NCBI GenBank assembly: GCA_026713605.1
Contig: JAPOOC010000007.1
Span: 1-57,417 of the forward strand
DNA length: 57,417 nucleotides
Direction: 5' to 3'
Source of the DNA: Candidatus Kaiserbacteria bacterium
Lineage (GTDB): Bacteria > Patescibacteriota > Minisyncoccia > Phycocordibacterales > JABAAK01
Both the position numbers and the translations under genes were made by a program. The notes beneath the pieces were generated by a model. That model did no database searches. It was not told the DNA's origin and was given only the letters and a program-made list of their open reading frames with translations. Positions 1 to 9,103 of the stretch are shown here, piece by piece (the stretch's first letter is position 1; each line of letters starts with the position of its first letter).

Positions 1-1464
1 CACATGCGAGGCATAGATTGACTTGTCCTCCCAACAGCGCACAGCATCACCGTTATTAGCGGGAGCACTTGTACAACTAGTATCCGTATGCAACACCTCC
101 GGGTCTTCAGCATCTAGCCACAACCTAACATTCCTGAGCACACCACCCAGAGACGCCGCACGGTCCTTCTTTGCTCCGAAAGAAATGTACTGACCGGAAT
201 CAAGGGAGACATCGGAGAATGAGAGTATGCCGTCACGAGAGAGGGAGGGGGTGATAGTGAGTATCTCTGCGTTGTGCATGGCAGGAGAATCAGAAACGAG
301 AAGTGCAAAATCACTCCCTCGCTTGGTGTTGATCACCCGTTCAAGTGTGAGATCAAACGCAAGGGTTACCTTGCCGATATCCCCAGTTCTGTGAAAGCGC
401 CACATACGCCCGGTTCTTGAGGTGATACCAATAGGCACATCATCTCGTGTCAACGCAGTATCACCACCATCATCACCCCACACTAAAAAGGTGTTGTTAG
501 CGAGTAGAGTGTCCGCAGATACCGTAAGCACTGCTTCTCCTGAACTGGTGGAGGTCATATGCGAAAAACCGGAAAGGTCATCTCTCCCAATGCCGGCAAC
601 ATGGTGGGTGTACCCAGAATAACTACCGTCAGTATCAAAAATAACGGTGCCAGTAGAGTTTACATAATCACGGGAGCCGAGTGTGACGCCGTATTTCAAA
701 GCAAGATAGGAGAGAATCTTGGCAACATTGGCATCAGTCAGTGCATCGGAGTAGAAAATCATTTCATACAGATCACCATTGAAGAAGTCAGTACTGTGGC
801 GACCAACAGCAGCGGCAAGAGAGCCACTGATTGGCGTTGTATTAGTGTTTGAAACAGCGGTTTCTGTTCCATTCCTGAATTCAGAAAGAGCGTGGCCACT
901 GGAGGTATCAAGTTGTCCATAAAGGAGAAATGGGGTCTCAGAAGGAGTGTCAAACGCAGCGATAGTCGCAGTAAGATCATTGGAACCTTGACCGAGAAGT
1001 GCCTGCGTATTTGCGGGATACCCGAGTATGAGGTTTTGATTGACACCTTCTGTAACACCACCAAGAACAAGGTTACCGGTCATTGAATCCTTTCGGGTTC
1101 CGACAAAAAATACGGTGTAATCACTATTCTTCAGAGGATCAATAGAAATATCCAGAAAGTCATCGGTCCCATCAAACGCAACAAATGGATAGTCATTCCA
1201 CCCACCGTCTGTCCGCACGGTCGGCTTATTACCAGAGGTTGACTGTGTTGCGGTAGCACCCACAGAACTCGCATCAGTCCAGGTGCTGAGCAAGCCCCCA
1301 TCACTAGCCGGAGTGGTGCCATCATCGGTTGATACACCAACACCTGCTTTGTACCATCCTGCCAAACTGCCGGTAACATTACCTGGTCCGGTTGCAAAAC
1401 AAAACGGAATGCTAAAGAGAAAAAGAATAAAAGCGAGAAAATAAAAAGATATTATAATACGCAT
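1..1464 (-). CDS. Large secreted/surface protein with repeated LamG/concanavalin-like modules (partial, runs off the left edge; not in ORF track)
   Basis: Manual translation from the ATG at 1464 is open to position 1. It shows a signal peptide (MRIIISFYFLAFILFLFSIPFCFA), a module start GPGNVTGSLAGWYKAG, FNGDLYEMIFY, ILSYLALKYGVTL and GIGRDD, then a second module start LGGVLRNVRLWLDAED. Confidence 0.85.
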   Translation of the reverse strand, partial: MRIIISFYFLAFILFLFSIPFCFATGPGNVTGSLAGWYKAGVGVSTDDGTTPASDGGLLSTWTDASSVGATATQSTSGNKPTVRTDGGWNDYPFVAFDGTDDFLDISIDPLKNSDYTVFFVGTRKDSMTGNLVLGGVTEGVNQNLILGYPANTQALLGQGSNDLTATIAAFDTPSETPFLLYGQLDTSSGHALSEFRNGTETAVSNTNTTPISGSLAAAVGRHSTDFFNGDLYEMIFYSDALTDANVAKILSYLALKYGVTLGSRDYVNSTGTVIFDTDGSYSGYTHHVAGIGRDDLSGFSHMTSTSSGEAVLTVSADTLLANNTFLVWGDDGGDTALTRDDVPIGITSRTGRMWRFHRTGDIGKVTLAFDLTLERVINTKRGSDFALLVSDSPAMHNAEILTITPSLSRDGILSFSDVSLDSGQYISFGAKKDRAASLGGVLRNVRLWLDAEDPEVLHTDTSCTSAPANNGDAVRCWEDKSIYASHV

Positions 1465-1657
1465 ACAACCTCACCGCGAATGTGTAATACACCAACGAAA
1501 CAACTAAAGAATATGATAGCACCAGATCAAGGAACTCAATGCAGTTCTCCACCACGCTCAGTGATCGAAATGTTCCAACCCCATGCTGTGGCGCAGGGTT
1601 GGGTGTAAGAATGGTACACACAAGCGACAACGAATGTATGCTAGTTGTATCATCATG

Positions 1658-1729
1658 CCTCCTCGGCAGGAATCGAACCTACATTACGAGCTCCGCAAGC
1701 TCGCGTTCTATCCGTTGAACTACGAGGAG
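1658..1729 (-). tRNA. tRNA-Arg(GCG), CCA not encoded
   Basis: Cloverleaf with acceptor CTCCTCG/CGAGGAG, D-arm GTTC-AACGGATA-GAAC (A20 Arg identity element), anticodon arm CGAGC-TTGCGGA-GCTCG and T-loop GGTTCGATTCC. Anticodon at 1694-1696. Confidence 0.95.
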
Positions 1730-1791
1730 ATATAGTTAGATTGTAGCATCTGCCCGCATGTGTAAGAAATATTTCGTGATACACTACAATA

Positions 1792-2250
1792 ATGATACTT
1801 GAAGGACAAGAGGCACCGGCGTTTCTATTAAAAAATCAGGATGGCGGAGAGGTGTCGCTAGATAAGCTAAAAGGGAAGTGGGTGGTGCTATATTTTTACC
1901 CGAAAGATGACACGCCGGGGTGCACAACTGAAGGTCTGGAATTTTCAGCACTGCGTAAAGAGTTTGAAAAACACAATGCCGTTGTATTTGGTATTTCTAA
2001 AGACACTGTTGAATCGCACAAGAAGTTTTGCGAAAAACACAAGTTCAGCATTGACCTACTCAGTGACGAGGGCGGGGAAATGATAGAAGCATACGGTGCA
2101 TGGCGGGAGAAAAATAGTTTTGGCAAAAAAACAATGGGCATTGTTCGAAGTACGGTACTCATAGATGCAAGTGGCACAGTAATAAAACATTGGAAAAGCG
2201 TGCAAGCGCAAGGACATGCACAGCAGGTGTTAGCGACTATTGAGAAGTAA
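1792..2250 (+). CDS. bcp: Peroxiredoxin, BCP/PrxQ family
   Basis: VVLYFYPKDDTPGCTTE peroxidatic motif; 152 aa. Confidence 0.95.
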   Translation: MILEGQEAPAFLLKNQDGGEVSLDKLKGKWVVLYFYPKDDTPGCTTEGLEFSALRKEFEKHNAVVFGISKDTVESHKKFCEKHKFSIDLLSDEGGEMIEAYGAWREKNSFGKKTMGIVRSTVLIDASGTVIKHWKSVQAQGHAQQVLATIEK

Positions 2251-2983
2251 CATCTTCACTGGTTACAGATTTCAAAAGATTTTCTTCAGCACCGATGAGG
2301 TCTATGAAGCCGATATCCAAGAGCCATGCCGCAAACACCTTATCGTATCCGGTAATAAGCATAATACCGACAACAAAAATGACCACACCGATAATTTTTC
2401 TGAACACATTACTGCCGTCTGACAACCAGCCGAGTTTTTGCACAATGCTCTGCCCAATGAGCGATGCAAACAAAAGAATGGTGCCAACACCAAGCGCATA
2501 CGCAAACAGATATATACTGCCTTGAAGTAGATTATTCGGCAAAATAACTGCAAGGATGAGGAGGTAGGTGGGGCTACAGGAAGTGAACGCGGGTGCGAGG
2601 GCGGAGCCGATGATGCTATCACCAAAAAATCCGGACTTGCCATAACCTCGGGAAAGAAGAGAGTTACTGTTTTTATGAAGTCCCGCCACGAAAGGAACAT
2701 GAGACCACATGTTTGGGAATATAAAGGTGAGCCCAACCAAAGCAACTAATGCACCAGAAATATAGTTCCAAAATTCAGTTGGCACGCCGAACACATCAGA
2801 GGAGACCTTAATTATTATTGTGAAAAGAACAATGGCAACAACTAGTGAACCAATAATGACATATGAATTTCGTTTGCTATCAGAAACGGAGCCACCGATA
2901 ATAACAGGAAGCAGGGGGAAGATGCAGGGAACAAACACAGTTAAAATACCTGCGATAAAAGAGATAAAAAAAAGACCAAGCAT
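2237..2983 (-). CDS. ccdA: CcdA/DsbD-type transmembrane electron transporter
   Basis: AGILTVFVPCIFPLLP and FTSCSP cysteine motifs; multiple TM helices. Confidence 0.85.
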   Translation of the reverse strand: MLGLFFISFIAGILTVFVPCIFPLLPVIIGGSVSDSKRNSYVIIGSLVVAIVLFTIIIKVSSDVFGVPTEFWNYISGALVALVGLTFIFPNMWSHVPFVAGLHKNSNSLLSRGYGKSGFFGDSIIGSALAPAFTSCSPTYLLILAVILPNNLLQGSIYLFAYALGVGTILLFASLIGQSIVQKLGWLSDGSNVFRKIIGVVIFVVGIMLITGYDKVFAAWLLDIGFIDLIGAEENLLKSVTSEDVTSQ

Positions 2984-2988
2984 GCCGT

Positions 2989-3555
2989 TTATTGTATATT
3001 AGCAAGTATCGCCGGTAAGGTGCTACTACCTTGAAACTTTGTTATTGGAGATCCGCCTTCTGCAATTTGCACAAAGGTGTGTTGATAGGAAACACCGTAC
3101 GCACTCTTCAAACCTTTTTCACGATCATAATCAACTTTTAAGACAACAACATCGGAGGGTATTGTGTGTGATGCCTCCCGTATATTCTTATCAGCCAATC
3201 TGCAGGTTGGACACCAATCTGCATAGAAGAATAAAACAACTCGCTTTCCTTTGGCTAACTGTTGCTGCGCAAAAGAATCACGGTATTCTGCATACTCGCC
3301 TTGCGCTAAGCTCAACGAGGTGTCCAGAACTGATGTGGTGGCTGTTCCTGATGGCGGTGCGACATCCTGTTGGACAGAGGTGTCAGAAAACATTTCAAGA
3401 TCTGAGTCAGGTGGGTCTATAACATCCACATTATCAAGCGGTGCTTCAGAAACATCGGGCGCAATGTTTCTTTCAGGTACCCCCACGCCTATCGCATAAC
3501 TGATGCCTCCAACAATAATAACTCCTAAAAAAACGATAGCAATAACTTTCTTCAT
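2989..3555 (-). CDS. Membrane-anchored thioredoxin-family protein
   Basis: N-terminal TM anchor, VLFFYADWCPTC and cis-Pro region YQHTF. Start moved to the MKKV ATG at 3555. Confidence 0.85.
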   Translation of the reverse strand: MKKVIAIVFLGVIIVGGISYAIGVGVPERNIAPDVSEAPLDNVDVIDPPDSDLEMFSDTSVQQDVAPPSGTATTSVLDTSLSLAQGEYAEYRDSFAQQQLAKGKRVVLFFYADWCPTCRLADKNIREASHTIPSDVVVLKVDYDREKGLKSAYGVSYQHTFVQIAEGGSPITKFQGSSTLPAILANIQ

Positions 3556-3636
3556 ATAAAAATAGCATGCCATACATTTTCCGCCATTTACACAAAAAAT
3601 GCAAAACAGGATAAAGGCGGGGTACTATGTAAATAT

Positions 3637-4764
3637 ATGAAAATATTTACCAATAGAGAGTCCGCGCGTCAAGTCATCGCAAGAAAAAAACAAGAGGAGT
3701 TGGAAGGGGTGAAGAGAAAGCTTCCTGACCATATCGCAAAGAAAAAAGAGGAGGCATATGAGTGGAAGGAAAGGGTTAGGCAGTGGAAGGCGTATAGAAA
3801 CAGGTTGATTGAGCATCAGTACCGCAGACATGAAAAAGCATTTTTGGAAGAGAAAAAAGCAGGGGAGGAAGAAGAGTATCGCCGCATTGAGTATGATGCC
3901 GATACCAATCGTTACCACGATACAAGTGTACGAGGAGTAATTGAGGGAGCAACAGACAGTGAAAGTGAAAAAGAAAAGAGATGGAAAAGGGAGTTGTGGA
4001 GTGCTGTACGAAAAGAACATGAGAGCATTATTAAGGCAATAGAATTCGGAAAGGAAGAAGAGATAAGAGAGATACTACAAAAAAAAGCGTTTAAATATTT
4101 TGATGCTTTTGAGGTGGCAGAAGCACTAAGGACAGAAACAGAGCATGAAGAGGGAATTATTGATGAAGAAAGAAGGCGAGAGGCACACGCAATTGCTTTA
4201 AAAGTAACCAAGAATGAAGAAGAGGAAGAGAAAAAAGAGTCCTTTGAGAAGGTGCGACGGAAAGAAATAAGGGGCGCTGAGGTAGAGATAGAACGCAAGT
4301 ACCGGGCATTTAACACCATAATAAAAAATACCCAGTATTATCAGGAAAGTCGCGGGCTTGAAGCAGACCGACTCGTGAGAGATGAGCAGGAAAGAATTGA
4401 GTCCGCAATGCGTGACTTTAGAGCACTTGATATGATCTATGTGAGCAAAGAGAGACCAAGGACATTTGGAAGCGGTCTGCTACCACCAGAAGAGGAGAGG
4501 GTGCAGGTAAGGCAGAATGCCATTGACAATTTAGTGGAGCTGCTGACCGGCCACCTTGAAACCACCACACCTGAAAAAATCATTGAAGACATCGTGCAAG
4601 CAATAGATACGAACAGTCCGTTGCATACTCAACGGGAAGAAAGATTTGCACTACTTATGGATGCACTACGACAGGCAAAGGAGAAAGAGGTCAATCACTT
4701 GCACCAAGGCGGGGAATTAAAAGTGAGAAACTACACAAAAGGGAACGAAAGAAAAAGAGGGTAG
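3637..4764 (+). CDS. Hypothetical highly charged helical/coiled-coil protein
   Basis: 375-aa ORF rich in E/K/R. TACTAT box 8 nt before the ATG. No recognisable motif. Confidence 0.7.
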   Translation: MKIFTNRESARQVIARKKQEELEGVKRKLPDHIAKKKEEAYEWKERVRQWKAYRNRLIEHQYRRHEKAFLEEKKAGEEEEYRRIEYDADTNRYHDTSVRGVIEGATDSESEKEKRWKRELWSAVRKEHESIIKAIEFGKEEEIREILQKKAFKYFDAFEVAEALRTETEHEEGIIDEERRREAHAIALKVTKNEEEEEKKESFEKVRRKEIRGAEVEIERKYRAFNTIIKNTQYYQESRGLEADRLVRDEQERIESAMRDFRALDMIYVSKERPRTFGSGLLPPEEERVQVRQNAIDNLVELLTGHLETTTPEKIIEDIVQAIDTNSPLHTQREERFALLMDALRQAKEKEVNHLHQGGELKVRNYTKGNERKRG

Positions 4765-4774
4765 CCACCATTGT

Positions 4775-4867
4775 TGGCGGAGAGGGAGGGATTCGAACCC
4801 TCGAGGGGAGTTTTAATCCCCTACTCCCTTAGCAGGGGAGCGCCTTCGACCGCTCAGCCACCTCTCC
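4775..4867 (-). tRNA. tRNA-Ser(GCT)
   Basis: GGAGAGG acceptor, anticodon arm CTCCC-CTGCTAA-GGGAG, long variable arm, GGTTCGAATCC, encoded CCA. Confidence 0.97.
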
Positions 4868-4992
4868 ATGGGTATATCTGTAAGATACCACATCATCAGC
4901 GCTAAGTGGTATGGGGCATGCGTACCCACAAAAAACACACCAGGGTGGAGTACGGTACTCCAAACAGGTATAGTCACTGTATACTACTTAAA

Positions 4993-7740
4993 GTGGAGCC
5001 AGTATTGCGTACAGGTAAAGATATTTCTTCAAAAGCCGGACATTTTTCCGAACACTCAGAGAGTGAGGTGTTAGGGACATTGCGCACCTCCCTAAAAGGG
5101 TTGACACAGCGAGAGGCAGACATGCGGCTGGAAAAATACGGAGAAAATACCGTGCAGCGCAAAAAGCACTTTATATGGCTACGACGAGTCGTGGCACAGG
5201 TAAAAAACCCTATTGTATTAATTTTGTTACTGTCGAGCATCGTACTGTACAGCATTGACTATGCGGCAGATGCATACATCATCCTCGCAGTATTAATTAT
5301 CAATATGACAATCGCCTTGTTGCAAGAAGGCAAGGTGTCACGAGCGTTTGATTTACTACGAAAAATAGATAAGCAGTACGCTCTAGTACTGCGTGATGGA
5401 AATCAGATAGAAGTTGCGGCAAACAACCTGGTGCCAGGAGACATTGTTTTTTTCAAAGCAGGTTCAAAGATCTCTGCTGACATACGGATACTACGCGAAA
5501 ATAATCTACAGGTTAATGAATCAATACTAACCGGTGAGTGGGCGCCAGTAAACAAAAAGGTAATCACGCTTGCCAATAAAAAAATGCTCGCAGAGCAGGT
5601 GAATATGGCGTGGAAAGGAACAACAGTGGTCACCGGTAATGGTAGCGGAGTTGTGGTGAACACTGGCGAGCGAACTGCAGTTGGTGGCATTGCAAAGGAG
5701 TTGTACGAGGAAGAGACAAAAACACCGCTCCAGCAACAGATTGAAAAATTAGCGCGATGGATCATGGGAATAGTATTTTTAGCGGTGGTAAGTATTATCA
5801 TTATCGGGACACTGCAAGGAATAGAAATCACCGAATTGATGATCACCGCCATTGCAGTAGCAATCGCCGGAATCCCATCCGGGCTACCAGCAGCAATTAC
5901 CGTGGTGTTGGTGTTAGGAATGCAATCGGTATTAAAAAATAACGGATTAGTACGCAATATACTCGCCGCTGAAACACTCGGCGGAACATCGTGGATACTC
6001 ATGGACAAAACCGGCACACTCACAAACGGCAACATGGTGTTATCCGAGATACTCTATGTTGACCAGCGGGAGGAGGTTGCCGATGAAACAATTTCATCAT
6101 TTGGACGAGGCATCGTACACAACGCATACTTGGCAACGGATGGTAAGCGGCTCAACCGTGAGCAAAGTGATGGTGACACCAATTCAGATGAAACCGTGTT
6201 TAGCGGAACAGCTATCGAACAATCACTCGTGCGAGCGTGTGAGGCAGTATGTGCCGAGACACCACATCGGGACAAGCGGATCGCATATGTGCCGTTCAAA
6301 GCCGCAAAAAAGTATTCTTGTGCGATCACGCAAGAGCAGAGTGGGGAACAGTACTACTATATGATCGGCGCACCAGAGATAGTGCTGGAGCAGTCAAGGC
6401 GGGTGCATAAGCAGGGGAAAGTGGTGTCACTAACTGATGCAGATAGGAGAAAATTACAAACGATGCTTGCAGAAGAGGCGGGAAAGGGGAGGCGGGTTAT
6501 TGCTATTGGCTCGGCAAAAGTAGAGAGTAACACAAAAAACATCCCAGACGACACCGCACGCCATCAACAGATCGCCGAACAAGGTGACCACAGCGTTGTA
6601 TTTTTAGCACTACTTTCTCTGGAGGATACAGTCCGTGCCGATGTGCCGGACGCAATACAGCAAATGCGCGACTCACATGTAACACTTACCATGGTAACGG
6701 GTGACAATCAACATACCGCGTTACACATCGCAGAAAAAGCCGGTATTATCGGAGCAGATGATTCAAAGGGGGTGCTGGTTGGAAAAGAGGTGGAACATAT
6801 GTCCGATGAGGAGCTATTTGCAAAAGCGCAGGTGGTACGAGTGTTCGCGCGAATGGCGCCAGACCAAAAATCACGACTTCTGCGTGTGTTGCTAGACCGA
6901 AAAGAGGTGGTTGCTATGACTGGAGACGGAGTCAATGACGCGCCGTCACTATACCGAGCATCAATCGGTATTGCCGTTGCATCCGGAACTGATGTGGCGA
7001 AAGAAGCATCTGACCTTATTTTGCTCAAAAACTCCTTCTCAACCATCACTGCCTCCATCTTTGAAGGAAAAAAAATTATAAGAAACCTAAAAAAGATTCT
7101 CATCTACCTACTGTCAACATCACTCAGCGAAGCAATATTGGTAGCGGGCGGTCTATTAGCGACTGCAATGCTACCAATACATCCGATACAGATACTGTGG
7201 GCAAACATCATAGAGGAAGCATTTATGGCATTCGCATTCGCATTTGAGAAAGGGAGTTCTGATATCGCAAAGTACGATCCAAGGAGCGATCGAACAAGAG
7301 ACATTATCAGTAAGAATGTTAAAAAAACCATCAGCATTCTCGCCATTATGACAGGACTATTTCTACTCGGCGTGTATGCATGGCTAACATCTTTCACTGA
7401 GCTCACGCACACACAAATACAAACAGTCATGTTCCTCACCGTTTCCATTGATTCTGTATTTATGGCAATATCGCTCAAGCGACTGGACAGGAGTATTTTT
7501 GCCACAAACTTGTTTAATAATATATGGCTTGTCGGCGCCGTCAGTATCAGCGCAGTACTGATGGTACTCGTCTTCACCGTGCCGCCACTCACCGCTGCAC
7601 TGAAAGTGGTGCCAGTACCGATATGGATTTTTTGGCTGGTGCCGATCAGCGCACTATACCACATTATCGTGGTAGAAGTTGTGAAAAAAATATTTTTTAT
7701 GAAAAACTATAGAACCCCAGGAGAGCGATTAATGCCATAG
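4993..7740 (+). CDS. P-type cation-transporting ATPase (P2-like)
   Basis: LTGE, DKTGTLT, MVTGD and TGDGVNDAP motifs. The ORF is open from 4906; GTG 4993 is preferred because TATACT lies 7 nt upstream. Confidence 0.92.
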   Translation: MEPVLRTGKDISSKAGHFSEHSESEVLGTLRTSLKGLTQREADMRLEKYGENTVQRKKHFIWLRRVVAQVKNPIVLILLLSSIVLYSIDYAADAYIILAVLIINMTIALLQEGKVSRAFDLLRKIDKQYALVLRDGNQIEVAANNLVPGDIVFFKAGSKISADIRILRENNLQVNESILTGEWAPVNKKVITLANKKMLAEQVNMAWKGTTVVTGNGSGVVVNTGERTAVGGIAKELYEEETKTPLQQQIEKLARWIMGIVFLAVVSIIIIGTLQGIEITELMITAIAVAIAGIPSGLPAAITVVLVLGMQSVLKNNGLVRNILAAETLGGTSWILMDKTGTLTNGNMVLSEILYVDQREEVADETISSFGRGIVHNAYLATDGKRLNREQSDGDTNSDETVFSGTAIEQSLVRACEAVCAETPHRDKRIAYVPFKAAKKYSCAITQEQSGEQYYYMIGAPEIVLEQSRRVHKQGKVVSLTDADRRKLQTMLAEEAGKGRRVIAIGSAKVESNTKNIPDDTARHQQIAEQGDHSVVFLALLSLEDTVRADVPDAIQQMRDSHVTLTMVTGDNQHTALHIAEKAGIIGADDSKGVLVGKEVEHMSDEELFAKAQVVRVFARMAPDQKSRLLRVLLDRKEVVAMTGDGVNDAPSLYRASIGIAVASGTDVAKEASDLILLKNSFSTITASIFEGKKIIRNLKKILIYLLSTSLSEAILVAGGLLATAMLPIHPIQILWANIIEEAFMAFAFAFEKGSSDIAKYDPRSDRTRDIISKNVKKTISILAIMTGLFLLGVYAWLTSFTELTHTQIQTVMFLTVSIDSVFMAISLKRLDRSIFATNLFNNIWLVGAVSISAVLMVLVFTVPPLTAALKVVPVPIWIFWLVPISALYHIIVVEVVKKIFFMKNYRTPGERLMP

Positions 7741-7814
7741 GTGCTATAAAACGGGCTGAACCCAGATCATACATAGGTGGGAAACGAAGCGTTTACCTTG
7801 TACTATGTAGCTAT

Positions 7815-9053
7815 ATGCAAAAAAAGGATATCGACTTCACAACACTGCCAGAGATGCCGGGGGTGTACCTATTCCGGGACACAAACAGTGCCGTGCTATA
7901 TGTCGGCCGGGCAACAGATTTGCGGGGACGAGTGCGAAGTTATTTTTCCAATCGATTAGTTGCTGACCGAGGGCAACGAATTGCGGAAGCGGTAGAGCGG
8001 GCAGAGCATATCGAAACAGTAGAGACAGATAGTGTGCTTGACGCGTATATTCTGGAGGCAAATCTCATAAAGAAACATCACCCACCATTTAATGTTGTTG
8101 ATAAGGATAACAAGAGTTTCCAATATGTGGGTATCACAAAAGAGGATTTTCCGCGAGTGTTATTAGTAAGGGGGCGACAGTTGGAGCAGGGAACAGCAAG
8201 CGCGACCTTTTCACACACATTCGGTCCATTTCCTCGAGGTGCAATTTTAAAAGAAGCGTTACGCATCTTGCGAAAGATATTGCCGTTTCGTGACCGCTGC
8301 ACACCACACACACCAGAGAGCAAAAGGCGACGGAAAAAATGTTTTCAGGCACAGTTGGGGTTGTGTCCGGGGGTATGCGATGGGACAATGGATAAAGAGG
8401 CATACAGGAAACGGATGCGGGAAATACGAATGTTTTTAAGTGGCAATAAAAAACAACTACTCAGAATGCTGGAAAAAGATATGAAGGCGTACGCTCGTGA
8501 GCAAGAGTTTGAAAAGGCAGAGGAGGTGCGGAGACGCATATTCGCACTCCAGCACATACAGGATGTGTCATTGCTAAAGAAAGATGTTGCAGAAAGTAGC
8601 ACAACATCGTTTCGCATAGAAGCGTACGATGTCGCGCATACAGCGGGCACACAAGCAGTCGGTGTGATGGTGGTATGTGTTGACGGCGAACCAGCGCCAT
8701 CCGAGTACCGGGTGTTTACCATACGCAACGCAACTGAAGGAGATGATGTTGGGGCACTTCGGGAAATAGTATCCCGTCGACTCGGACATCCAGAGTGGCA
8801 GATGCCAAACCTTATCGTCGTTGATGGGGGGAAAGCACAGCGTAATGCTACTGAAGCGGTGCTACGAGGCAACGAGGTGACTATCCCTGTCGTATCGGTG
8901 GTAAAAACAGAAAAACACACTCCTCGAGAACTGCTCGGATCAAAAGAACACACACAGCCCTACGAAAAAAACATCATAGCAGCAAACGCCGAAGCCCATC
9001 GGTTTGCCATCGCACGGCATCGGAAGAGACGATCAAAGGAAATGTTTCAATAG
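7815..9053 (+). CDS. uvrC: Excinuclease ABC subunit C, short form
   Basis: GIY-YIG (GVYLF...LYVGRA), UVR coil (FEKAEEVRRRI), RIEAYDVAH, PNLIVVDGGKAQ. Ends at HRFAI without HhH repeats. Confidence 0.88.
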   Translation: MQKKDIDFTTLPEMPGVYLFRDTNSAVLYVGRATDLRGRVRSYFSNRLVADRGQRIAEAVERAEHIETVETDSVLDAYILEANLIKKHHPPFNVVDKDNKSFQYVGITKEDFPRVLLVRGRQLEQGTASATFSHTFGPFPRGAILKEALRILRKILPFRDRCTPHTPESKRRRKKCFQAQLGLCPGVCDGTMDKEAYRKRMREIRMFLSGNKKQLLRMLEKDMKAYAREQEFEKAEEVRRRIFALQHIQDVSLLKKDVAESSTTSFRIEAYDVAHTAGTQAVGVMVVCVDGEPAPSEYRVFTIRNATEGDDVGALREIVSRRLGHPEWQMPNLIVVDGGKAQRNATEAVLRGNEVTIPVVSVVKTEKHTPRELLGSKEHTQPYEKNIIAANAEAHRFAIARHRKRRSKEMFQ

Positions 9054-9103
9054 AAAATCTGCTATAAGAAAGAAGTTTTTTGAGGTGTGGTATTCTACAC
9101 TAT

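Noticed and set aside
1575-1602. Hairpin between tRNA-Arg and the LamG gene as a possible riboswitch
   Set aside because: It is a single stem with no recognisable aptamer, and is more likely a tRNA terminator or processing signal.
114-1630. Short ORFs listed by the track in the first 1.6 kb
   Set aside because: They are shadows of the long minus-strand frame starting at 1464.
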